The position numbers were made by a program, and so were the translations under genes. This document shows, one piece after another, positions 23,374-34,016 of a stretch of 64,000 nucleotides of DNA. Origin of the DNA: Macrostomum hystrix (taxonomy: Eukaryota; Animalia; Platyhelminthes); assembly GCA_950097015.1 (NCBI GenBank), contig CATNEN010000001.1, positions 5,952,001-6,016,000 of the forward strand. Reading direction: 5' to 3'. A model generated the notes under the pieces. That model was not told the origin of the DNA. It ran no database searches and saw only the letters and a list, made by a program, of their open reading frames with translations. The stretch's first letter is position 1. Every line of letters starts with the position of its first letter.

Positions 23374-24129
23374 TGACTATGCTGCTCGGGGCGATTGATG
23401 TCTCGCGAGGCAATTCGAGGTCACAAACGTCTTTACAGGGCTTATTGTGGTCTTGAAGTTTATGCAGATCGTGGCTGTCTTTGGCCTATGAAGAGAAGTT
23501 TGTTGTCAAGGCAACCAAATAAACAGAATCATCGTCAATAGTAAAGCAGTCAATCTGGAATGTTTGAGCTCAGCCAGACAACCAGAGCCGCAGTGAGTCA
23601 GCTCGGCAGGCCTGCGGTTGGAGACGTGTATTTGGATATACTGCTGTAACTTGAGTTCATGGTTGGGTTTAATGGCGATGTAGAAGGCTCAGTAAATTGG
23701 GCTGGAGATGCCAGTCTGTCCATTCACCTTGGAGTTTTTCCTCTGTAAATGTAAGTGTTCTCTACCTTCGATGCAAAACTTTTCACCCCCTCTTACTGAT
23801 TTGACAGTTTGAGGGGTATCTGCTGTGGATTCCCCCACCCCTGCTACATCACAGCTCACTCAAGTAGCACTCATCACAGCTGCCATAGGATGCTGTGCGT
23901 CCTTTGTTTATCGAAACCGCTAAGTTGGAGCTTCTGCGAACTTCTGAGCGACAGAAAACGGTTATGCAGAAGTTGCGACCTGCTAAATATGGCTTCTGAC
24001 AGTATCCTTAAGCGCTTAGGCTAGGCTGCTTTGCGAACTATTGCTCGAGGATGCAGATATACAATTGCTTATTTTAGAGACGTTTAAAGGGCGCCTTCAG
24101 AGCGAGGAATCGGTAGTCTGTGGTACAGA

Positions 24130-24545
24130 CTACTTTAATTCCGAGGCCATTACATTATATAATGGGCCTCAAACGCTAATTAATTCATATAATGGGCCTC
24201 AAATACGAGTAAGCAATCTGATTTCATATAAAATAACAGCCATTTCATAGGCTGTCTATGGTTAGAATGTCCTCGGCCACACTCAATCGTGGCTTTGCCC
24301 CCACGCCCCCAGTCGGGGCTTTGCCCCGACACTCCCGATGGCTGCACCGCTTTCGGCGCGGCTCAAGAAAAAGCTACAAAAATAAGCAATTCAGATTTCA
24401 TATAAGATGTGCAATGTGCAATCTATGGTAAAAAGTCCTCGGCCACACTTAATGGTCCTCGGCTCGCTTCGCTCGCCTCGTGACCATCAAATGCAGCCCC
24501 GGACTTTCTAACCCTAGAATGCGCATTAAACATCCATGATCTAAT
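24130..24545 (-). mobile_element. Non-autonomous Crypton-like element (boundaries approximate)
   Basis: About 105-bp hairpin 24417-24522, (g)tctatgg motifs, and a doubled ggggc(a)aagcccc segment (24290-24340) resembling 14596-14645 of the Crypton. Confidence 0.55.
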
Positions 24546-25224
24546 ACAAGAAAGGCAATTCGGTGTCCTAAGAGGCCGTGTCGAATTTTCATCTTCCATA
24601 TACATAATTGCACTTGTTTCCAGTCTTTTAATTTATCAGTTCAACCAGCTCTTTAACTCATCTATTTCCAATTTCTTCCTTCGTTATTTACTCTGCTATT
24701 TGTTTGGTCTATGGCCCTCGTTGCCGCCCGCTCAAACAAGCCAAGAGCCATCTCTCTTTTCCTATTCAAATGCGTAACTTAATTATTCTCTTTCAACTTA
24801 GTTTAGTGTCTACATCCGTTCAACTTAGTTTAGTGTTTAATAATGACGTTCGCTAGAATCTAAAATGAAGTCTAAATACGAGAATACACATCCTTAGATG
24901 TTGATTTCGCTGTCTTCGTTGCTTTCGCGCGTTGAACGGGTCCGTTACCGCCTATCAATCCAGAATCCTCAAAGGGATTTTAAGGGGTTGCATCGGATTG
25001 TGAGCGAAAAAGATTATCGCATGAAGCAGAAAGCAGAGAAGCATAATCTAAAATTGTCTTAACATCTCAAATCCACAATTTTGCCTGCTTGAAGTGTTTC
25101 TGCTGCAGCTTCTTTGCCTCGTCTTCTACCATTGTCACTTTTCTGTCAACTGCTTGGGCAGTGATAATGCAAGAAAACATAAAATTTAGGGCCTGAGACA
25201 TGAAACTTACTAAAAATAGTTTTT

Positions 25225-25402
25225 TAGACAGAACATCATGCGCTAGACATAACATCATGTGTTAGACAGCACATCATGTGTTAGACAGTACATCATGTGT
25301 TAGACAACATCATGCGCTAGACAGAACATCATGTGTTAGACAGCACATCATGTGTTAGACAGCAAATCATGTGTTAGACAACATACTGCGTTAGACAGAA
25401 CA
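25225..25402. repeat. Minisatellite, about 19-bp unit (tagacagcacatcatgtgt)
   Basis: About 9 degenerate tandem copies. Confidence 0.85.
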
Positions 25403-25629
25403 TAAAGAGTTGTGTTTATTTTTTCAAACAGTCATTTAACACACTGGGTGTTGAACTTGGGTTGAAAAAACGTTCTAATCTAATGTTTCCCTTGGCAACG
25501 GCTTTTGCAAAAAGAAATTAAATTTCGCTCACAAACTGATAACGATTTGACCTTTTTATCGCAAAAATGTCTGACAATCCATGCTGGCAAAACCAGAAAT
25601 AATCGCTTTTGCGTCGAAACAATGGCCAC

Positions 25630-25641
25630 TATATATAAATA
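25630..25641 (+). promoter_or_regulatory. Candidate TATA box of the F-type lectin gene
   Basis: tatatataaata about 95 bp upstream of ATG 25733. Confidence 0.5.
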
Positions 25642-25732
25642 CGAGCCTTTAGCAGACATCGAATAATTCTTAAGCCAAAGCTGGAAAACTAATTTGGCAC
25701 ATTCATTTTAATTATAATTAGTATAAAATAGT

Positions 25733-28700
25733 ATGTCTTCTAAAATTTCTGCAATCTTGTTGCTAGCTATAGTAGTATTATGCGGCAGCCAACAAGTACT
25801 TTGTGGTAAGCATTTCTATCTGCTACATTATGTGAGGAGGTAATTGTAGCCTAGTGGTTAGAGCGTCGGACTCACGACTTGAAGGTCGGGGGTTCGATTC
25901 CCGACTCCACTGTAACAACTTGTGTCCGTTATCAAAACGCCTAAATCTGCATTGCTTCAGTTCACCCAGCTGTTAAATGGGTAACAGCATCAGCTGGGGT
26001 AATTGAGGGCGGGTGTGGCGTCCCCCCAGTCCATGGACTGAACAACCGCGCCGCGTATTAGCTGCGGCTGTGCTGTCGGCTGCACCTCTTGCCCAACGGG
26101 GGCAGTTGTAATCAATTATTAATTATTATTATGTTGCATTATCATTTGTACCATCAGACACTTTCACATGTTACACTGACCTTCACTGCCAATGCCAATC
26201 TCTCTGTACATGGGTGTGGGATAGTGGGTCATTTTCAAATTCTACCATCTCTGACCTTCAATAAGTGTGCCACTTTGGCTCAGGCTAAAATTTGAATCGT
26301 CTGAGAATTTTCGTCCACTCGTGTGCTTTTTGACAGAATGCCATTCATTATCAGTTCTAATCAATTGGGCACGGCGTTGCCAACGCCTTTCTCGCAAAGC
26401 AACCTTTAAGTTTAACAAAGATAAACACAATCTTGACACTCAAAGGCAGGCCAGAAAAATCTATAGCTAGTCATCTAATTTATGACTGTCTTGTCTGCTG
26501 TTTTTGCGGGTCAATACTTTACTACTTATCCAGTTGAGCTCTTTGGTTAAGCCGTAAAGTCCATGGCCCCCAGTATCTATGATTTACCGATTGCTAATAG
26601 GTTTAAACATCAATAAAATCGCGAATCCAAATTTTAGCCCAAATTCCTCTGATCGAATGCGCCCAAAGTACAACAACTCACGACGGCAACTGCGGCAGAG
26701 CTATTGACGGCAACACCAACCAGAACTACGACGCCAGATCCTGCACCCACACGGACAGCAACGCTGGCAACTGGTGGCAAGCAAGGACAGCTCGACTGAC
26801 TCACTTCACGCAGGTTCGAGTGTACAATCGAATCGATTGCTGCTCCGAGCGGCTCAACGATTTCACCATCACCATTGACGATCATCCCGTTGTTTCTCAT
26901 AGATCTAGCGAGCCGTTCACTGTCAATAGCTTCAATTTGGACAGGGCTGGTCAGGTGCTAAGAATTGTCAACAATAAGGACGCACCGCTGACACTGTGCG
27001 AGGTGCAAGTATTCGGTACTCCGGTTATCGAGTCCAATCCTGGTGGTGAGCTAGCTGTTCTAACCACTCATTCACAGATGGGGCCATTAATTGGGGCCAG
27101 TGTATAATAATTTGCACTTTTTGCATGAAGCCAAGATTAAAAAGAAAAGTTATTAACCTCTCTTTCCCGAGTAACGCAACATCATACACTTGTCTGTTTG
27201 AATGAATCCTTAATGTATCGACCAAGAGCTATTTTACAATTTCATGGTTCAAGCACATAGTTTGTGCATTCTCGTTTGGTTTGTTATCTTGAAATCAAAG
27301 CTAGACCATATTGGACATTATTATGCAATCATATGTTTTTTCGTAACTTTTGGAGTTAATCCTCGAGTCTTACCAAAGCCCATGAGCCGATAAAGTTGTA
27401 TTTTTTCACGCCAGAACGACTGTCTCTTGTCGAGTGCGAGCAAAGCTCAACTACCTATGATGCGCCCTGCGGACGAGCCATTGACGGCAACAAAGACCAG
27501 ACCTTCAGTGGTGGCTCCTGCACCCACACTGCGAATGAGAAGTCATGGTGGCAGGCCTACACAACAAAATTGGCCCGGATCTCGCATGTCAGGGTGTACA
27601 ACCGACTGGACTGCTGTTCCGAAAGGCTCAGCGACATCAGCATCTCGGTGGACGGCTTCGAATGCGCGTCGTACAGTTCCACCGAGTTCTTCTCGGTGCG
27701 CACGTTCAAATGCGACGCAGAGGGCCAGGTGATTCGGATCAGCAGCAACTCGGTCAATCCCATGACATTGTGCGAGGTTGAAGTGTTTGGCGAGCTGGTT
27801 ACGAGCCCATCGATTGGAGGTGAATATGGCAGTTATTAAGAGCATAACTTTCAGATAAAGAGGCATCATTAACAGTAGGACTACCAAGCCATTTTGCTGC
27901 CCATTTTTATACCAAGGGCGGGGATTTCTCATCCCTTGAAAATGTTTTGGGCAGCGCCCGAATGCTTACAGCGTCGGATGGTGACTGATTGGTTGACAGA
28001 CTAGGCGAGGGTGTACTGTGGTTGAGCTGTGCCTATCTCGATCTCTAAGACAGAAGTCCAGCTTTTTCCCCAACCGAATTTTGGAAATAAAAGACCGAAA
28101 TTCTCAAAATCTGAATTTGAGCACAACAACTCAACGTGCGTATCTTTTTTTTGTTGCAGAACTGATCGGGCTGACAGACTGTCATCAGTCGTCCACGACG
28201 GCGGATGGCGTTTGTCAGCGAGCCATCGACGGCGTCACGAACCAGCACTACAATGCGAAGTCGTGCAGCCACACGAACAGCGAAACTGGCTGGTGGCGCG
28301 CGGAAACTCGCCAGTTGACGCGCATTTCGCATGTGCGCATCTACAACCGGCTGGACTGCTGCTCGGATAGGCTGACCGACTTCTCCATCTTTGTTGACGG
28401 CTTCAAGTGCGCCACTTACGTCTCGGCAAAGCCATTCGACGTTATGACATTCGAATGCGACAGAGAGGGCCAAGTGTTGACGATTGTTAATCACAAGAAT
28501 TCACCGCTGACACTGTGCGAAGTGCAGGTGTTCGGGCACCAGGTGGACTTGAAGTATCCGGGACGTGAGTAAATTTTTGCCAAAAAGTTTACATGATGGC
28601 TTAGGGCAATGTCTTTGTACACTGAACAGTTCAGTACTATCTATCTGAACGTATAAAAATCATGTGCCTGCACCAGCTGCCACTCTGCTATCGTCTGTCT

Positions 28701-30641
28701 CTAATCAATCAGTATGAAAACTGCTATTCCAGCCCAACTGCACCTATCCCAGTGCCGCCAGAGCTCCACAGCTAGTGACGGAAACTGCGAGAGAGCCATC
28801 GATGGGAAGCTCAGCCAGACGTACATCCATGGTACCTGCACCCACACCGCCTCAGAGCAGGGCTGGTGGGAGGCCAGGACCCGAAAGCCGGCCAAAATCA
28901 GCCATGTGCGCATCTACAATCGACTTGACTGCTGCTCTGAGCGGCTGAACGATTTCGCCGTGCTGGTCGACGGCCGCGAGTGCGCCTCATTTCATTCTTC
29001 TAACGGTTTCTTCTCCGTGCACACATTCGAGTGCGACGCCGTTGGCCAAGTGGTGCGCGTTGCCAACAGGAAGACCTCACATCTTACACTGTGCGAGGTT
29101 CAAGTGTTTGGCCAGGAGGTTGAGGAGCCAAAGCTCGGTGGTGAGTTTAATTAAGAGGCCGTATGCAATCTGGACAAAGACAGATGTTGTCGCTTGCGAG
29201 GACAAACCTGCAAGTCTTAGTACTCCTATTTATTCGAATTAATACTACCCACCGAAGCACACCATACGTAAGCAGGCACACGCTCACACAAGTGTGTACA
29301 TCTGCCCCTGACTTTCTCATCGTCAGACACTGACACTTTCACTGTGCCTTAGAAGTTGGCCCACAAGGGCGTAAATTTTACGACGCAAAGAACGAAAAAT
29401 CAAGAGACAGAGAGGCATGGAAGCGAAGCAATAAAACCAAGACTCAAATACAAGCCCAGCACTCAACAAATCCGTTTTTGCAGATCGCTTGACTCTGACG
29501 GCGTGCTCCCAGAGCTCCGTGACAGCCGAAGGAGTCTGTCAACGAGTATTCGACGGCAACACAAATCAAGACTACGGCAGTGGTTCCTGCAGCCACACCG
29601 CCGCAGAGCGCGGCTGGTGGCAGGGCCAGCTGGCCAAGATGAGCCAGGTCACTCACGTGCGAATCTACAACCGCATGGACTGCTGCTCGGACAGGCTTTC
29701 AGACTTTGCCATCTCCATCGACGGTCACGAATGCGCTTCCTATAAATCTGACGACAACGCGTTCTTCTCGGTGAAGACCTTCAGCTGCGTTGGTACAGGC
29801 CAGGCGATTCGAATCAGCAACCGGATCCAGACGCCACTGACTTTGTGCGAGGTTCAAGTGTTTGGCTCGGTGATGGATCTGGTCGCTCCGTCTAGTAAGC
29901 TCCTTTCAACCTTCAACCCACTGGTCCTTCAATTGGTAGCCTCCCTTCAATCCACATGATCCTTCAATCGGTAGCCTCCCTTCAACCAGCTTTGGTCCTT
30001 CAGTCAGTAGACTCCGTTCAACCCACTGGTCCTTCTGTCCGTAGCCTTCCTTCAACCCTCTGGTCCTTCTGTCCGTAGCCTTCCTTCAACCCACTGGTAC
30101 TGCTGTCCGTAGCCTTCATTCCACTTACCATCACGTCCTGGCTTGTTTTGCAGCTGATCAAGGCAGTCTACAGTAGTAAATTCTGATAAAAAACTGAAAT
30201 CACTCCATAAAACACCATACTTCATACCTATGTCGATCATTCACAGAACAGCTCCGACTGTTCGACTGCAGCCAGAGCTCTACAAGCGCTCACGGCGATT
30301 GTAATCGAGCAATTGATGGGCATCGAACCCAGGACTACGGAGCCGGATCGTGCACCCACACGGAAAACGAGAAGGGCTGGTGGCAGGCACGGCTGGCCAA
30401 GACAGCCTTCGTGACGCAGATTCGAATCTACAACCGGCTGGACTGCTGCTCTGACCGACTGAACGACTTCAGCATCAGCGTTGGCGGTCACGAGTGCGCC
30501 TCCTACAGATCCGACGGCTATTTCTCAGTGCAAACCTTCGAGTGCCACCAGTTTGGCCAGATAATTCACATCCAGAATCGCAAAGTGTCGCCGCTTACCC
30601 TCTGCGAGGTGGAAGTGTTCGGCTCTGATCAACCGAGCTAG
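25733..30641 (+). CDS. Secreted F-type lectin (fucolectin) with six tandem domains, about 834 aa
   Basis: Exons 25733-25805 (signal peptide MSSKISAILLLAIVVLC), 26638-27045, 27415-27819, 28160-28564, 28733-29140, 29484-29894, 30247-30641; all introns phase 1. Each domain has QS(S/T), RAIDG, C(T/S)HT, WW, YNRxDCCSxRL, LTLCEV(Q/E)VFG. Confidence 0.93.
25834..26127 (+). mobile_element. tRNA-derived SINE family B
   Basis: Box A tagcctagtgg, box B ggttcgattcc, central cacccagctgttaaatgggta, (att)n tail, TSD attatgt. Confidence 0.85.
29255..29380 (-). mobile_element. SINE family A fragment
   Basis: Reverse complement of about 34400-34525. Confidence 0.8.
29905..30120. repeat. 34-bp minisatellite (ccttcaacccactggtccttcaatcggtagcctc)
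   Basis: Tandem copies in the last lectin intron; same unit at 31495-31730. Confidence 0.85.
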
Positions 30642-30969
30642 AGATCATTGCACTAAAATCGTCTTAAAAATACTCTTACTTGAGTATTAAAATTTCAAAA
30701 CATACTATTTTCTTACCAAAATGCTTGATGATAAACATAAGAATGCTAATAACACACCTGTTCGACCAATGGTTTAGCTAAAATAGTTAATACTCGTAGT
30801 TAATAAAATAAAATAATCTAGCGATTTGAATGCTAACGTGCTCATCGAAGTTTGGATTTCAACATTTTTTGAGGCTTCAAAGAAGGAAACAACTTATAAT
30901 ACGAAACAAACAGCATTAAACTTGTGTAAGCTCAAATCCCAGTGTTCAGTAATTTGTACTTTTATTCAA

Positions 30970-32371
30970 TCAGCCAATCAAAGTCGACCTAGCTGGGTGG
31001 AATTTGGCACAATGTTTGCAGCGCCAGCTCAGTAGAGAGAATTCATCAACCGAAGCGCAACCGCTGTGACCTCCGCAGGCCCGACATATCAGAGCGAAGC
31101 CGCTATCTTCAGACTGATTTTCAGCATCCTTGTTGCTAGACGGAGCTATCCTGCTGCTCTGCCAATGATTCATTACCCACGTTAGACATCGAAGCCACAT
31201 GGGCTGATTGGACAGGTGAGTAAGGTAAAGTGCTACGCGTCCTGCGCTGCTGTAGCAGTGTCTCTGCGGACTATTCTCTTGAGAGCTGACAGCTTCAAAA
31301 TCAACTGGATGGCTTTTAAGCTGTTTTGGGCCGATCAGTGTGACACAGAATTGGACCGAATCGATTAGGCGGCTCGATGCGCTTTTGTCGACTGAATCTG
31401 TAAGACGTAAGACAAGTCAGCAGAATTATCATGAAATATCGAATGTACGAGTATTTTGACAATATCTAGCGCTCAAAGATTATTTATAAGTTTTTCAGCC
31501 CCTTCAACCCATAGTTCTTTAATCGGTAGCCTCCCTTCAACCCACTGGTCCTTCAATCGGTAGCCTCCCTTCAACCTACTGGTCCCTTAATCGGTATCCT
31601 CCCTTCAACCCACATCAACCTTCAATCCGTAGACTCCCTTCAACCCACTGGTTCTTCAATCGGCAGACTCCCTTCAACCCACTGGTTCTTCAATCGGCAG
31701 ACTCCCTTCAACCAACTGGTCCTACAATCTGTGTGTGCTACCTCACGGATCATTCAGTTTATCTCCCTTCCACTCACCATCGCCTCGCCTGTCCTGCAGC
31801 TTAGAAATTTTATTCTTCATTGCCTGCCAAAAACTATTCAATAGTTCAGTGCAAACAGCTCCGAAATCTTTTTGATCTCCGTGATCTTCGCCAACGCGGA
31901 GGCTGATGGCAACAAGCAAGGCTAGAGCTGCCAAGATGGTTGCTGCAGAGTCGACAATGAAATCAGACGTCAGGATCTGCACGGGAGTTTGAAGATAATT
32001 ATTAGATAAAATTATATTATATCCAGATGGCTTAATTTGTTCTAACTGTTTTCTTTGTCAAATAGGGATTGTAGCCCATCGACAGGCTTAATAGTCGGGG
32101 GTTCGATTCATGACTTCACAGGAACACTTTGTTCCAGCAAGACGCTTAACACTGAGCAGCCGTACGCAGCTTTTATATTTAGATCATTTTTATTTAGTCT
32201 TTGCAATATAGTTCGATCGAGACAGATCATCACATGGTTACTTTAAATCTTTACGTTCTATACTAGTAACAAACAGAAACGCTGTATGCAAGCCTTAGCA
32301 AATACGCAGCAGAAAATCGTTCTTGCATGGCAGACACAGGAAATAAAAAATTATACTCGTGTGCTTACCAT
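30970..32371 (-). CDS. Short Lunapark-like zinc-finger membrane protein, about 209 aa
   Basis: Predicted exons ATG 32371-32369 (ATG|gtaag), 31976-31778, 31397-30970 form one open frame. C-terminal FALICRACGGHSG...EF...WRCKHCAKFHPAR matches the Lunapark C4 finger; one N-terminal hydrophobic helix. Confidence 0.65.
31495..31730. repeat. 34-bp minisatellite, second array
   Basis: Same unit as 29905-30120; lies in the predicted Lunapark-like intron. Confidence 0.85.
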
Positions 32372-34016
32372 GTTAACTAATTTGCAGTAGTTATGTGTCC
32401 AGAAAAAAGTAATGAAAATCTATTGTCTAGAAATTATAAATAAATAGCAAAAATCAGAGCGCTCGTTATGCTATGGTTTGCGACAGAAAAAAGATATGTG
32501 GACTTGTTTTATAGCTGCATGTGCATGTCTACACGCTAATGATTTTATATTGCAATCCTTTGTCAAAAGTCATTTATATCATAGACAAAAAAGAATAGAT
32601 CTATGATTAAATCTCAACTCTTATTTTTTTTAATCGATTAGTTGTGACTGTCTATGAAGTTCTATCTATGTTTGCATGGCCTATCTTTTGTCTATGGTAA
32701 ATTTTGTTCTGCTACAAGGACAGCGCAATCATTCATTGAAAATTTAACTGTCCAGCTGCGCGTGCAGATAAGTGGACTAAACATATCTGCCACTGTATTC
32801 CAGGGAGCATTCTATGGCTAAACCTAAAACGCTTAAAAATTTGACAAACGATAACAAGTGCGCCCTATTTGGTGTGCATGGGACTGGCCAATTAGAAGTC
32901 CGTATAAGACGTAAGCTTAGTTTACGTGCCATGTTCTCACATCACATTATATGGCATGCATATTATTATGAAATAAAGTGTTGTTTTTTGTTTTGCATCC
33001 TCATCCCTCAGAAATTGTAGGTAGCATTATTTACTTCTTAAATTAACAAACAAAATAATTTCGTTTTATTTCCAGGACTAATGACACACCTACCATAAAA
33101 ACGAAGCACTTTCGTGTCGCCGTATCCATGGAGATATTTGTTTAAATACATGTTCCATGTGCGTCGTCCTATTGAGTTAACCAAGAAACAAAATAGTATT
33201 TTTAAGAAGCCGTGTCGGTATTTATTTATCTTTAGACGCCTCCAGTAATATTAAACAGATGAAATTGAGTTTCTATTAAGCTTAAATAATAGATTTGGTT
33301 GGTTTTACAGGCTAGGCAAAGCAAGTTTTAGATTTTATGACCGAACAAGTTTTTATCAGTTTCAATAATGTGTAAAATAAACATTTTATGACTTTAATAT
33401 AAGTGATAAAATCAAGAATCAATGCACTAAAAATTACTGAAAGATGCGTACTACGATTAAGAACAAGATCTAGAAGTATAGATGAAGAGACCCCCTTTAA
33501 ATATGGCTTCTATAAAACAGTGTATCGTAGGAGAAAATCAATTTTATTAAATCCAGGGAACCATTTTTGCTACTTATAAGTATTTATAAGTAAACTAACA
33601 GAATTTATATGTGAAATGAAGTTGAAAGCGAATAAACCCAAAGTCAATTTTATTTTTTGTCGCATTCAATCTTTAGGACTAAGTGTTGTAATTTTAAGTA
33701 CTCTACAAAATATTTTATATTTTGTTAAAATAATTTAAAAGCCTGCTTTCAGGCTTATATACTAAGCATAGGCTTAAATAATGTGATGCACTATGCACTA
33801 TCAAAATATCTTTGTTAGCCAAACAAGGTTGTTATAAATACTTGTGCTGTTAAAAGCAATAATTTGCTTCATGACATGAATTTGAAAGCATGCTACATTT
33901 TAATATATTTATTTTATGTCAAATTTAAACTTAAGAAACTTTTGCTGCTGTATTTTCTTAAAGAGCTGTCAAGATAAAAATATTTGAAAACTTTTTCAGG
34001 TATTAAGTGACTATCA

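Noticed and set aside
25840-25912. tRNA-Val(CAC)-like gene
   Set aside because: Acceptor stem does not pair, and it continues into a SINE body with tail and TSD.
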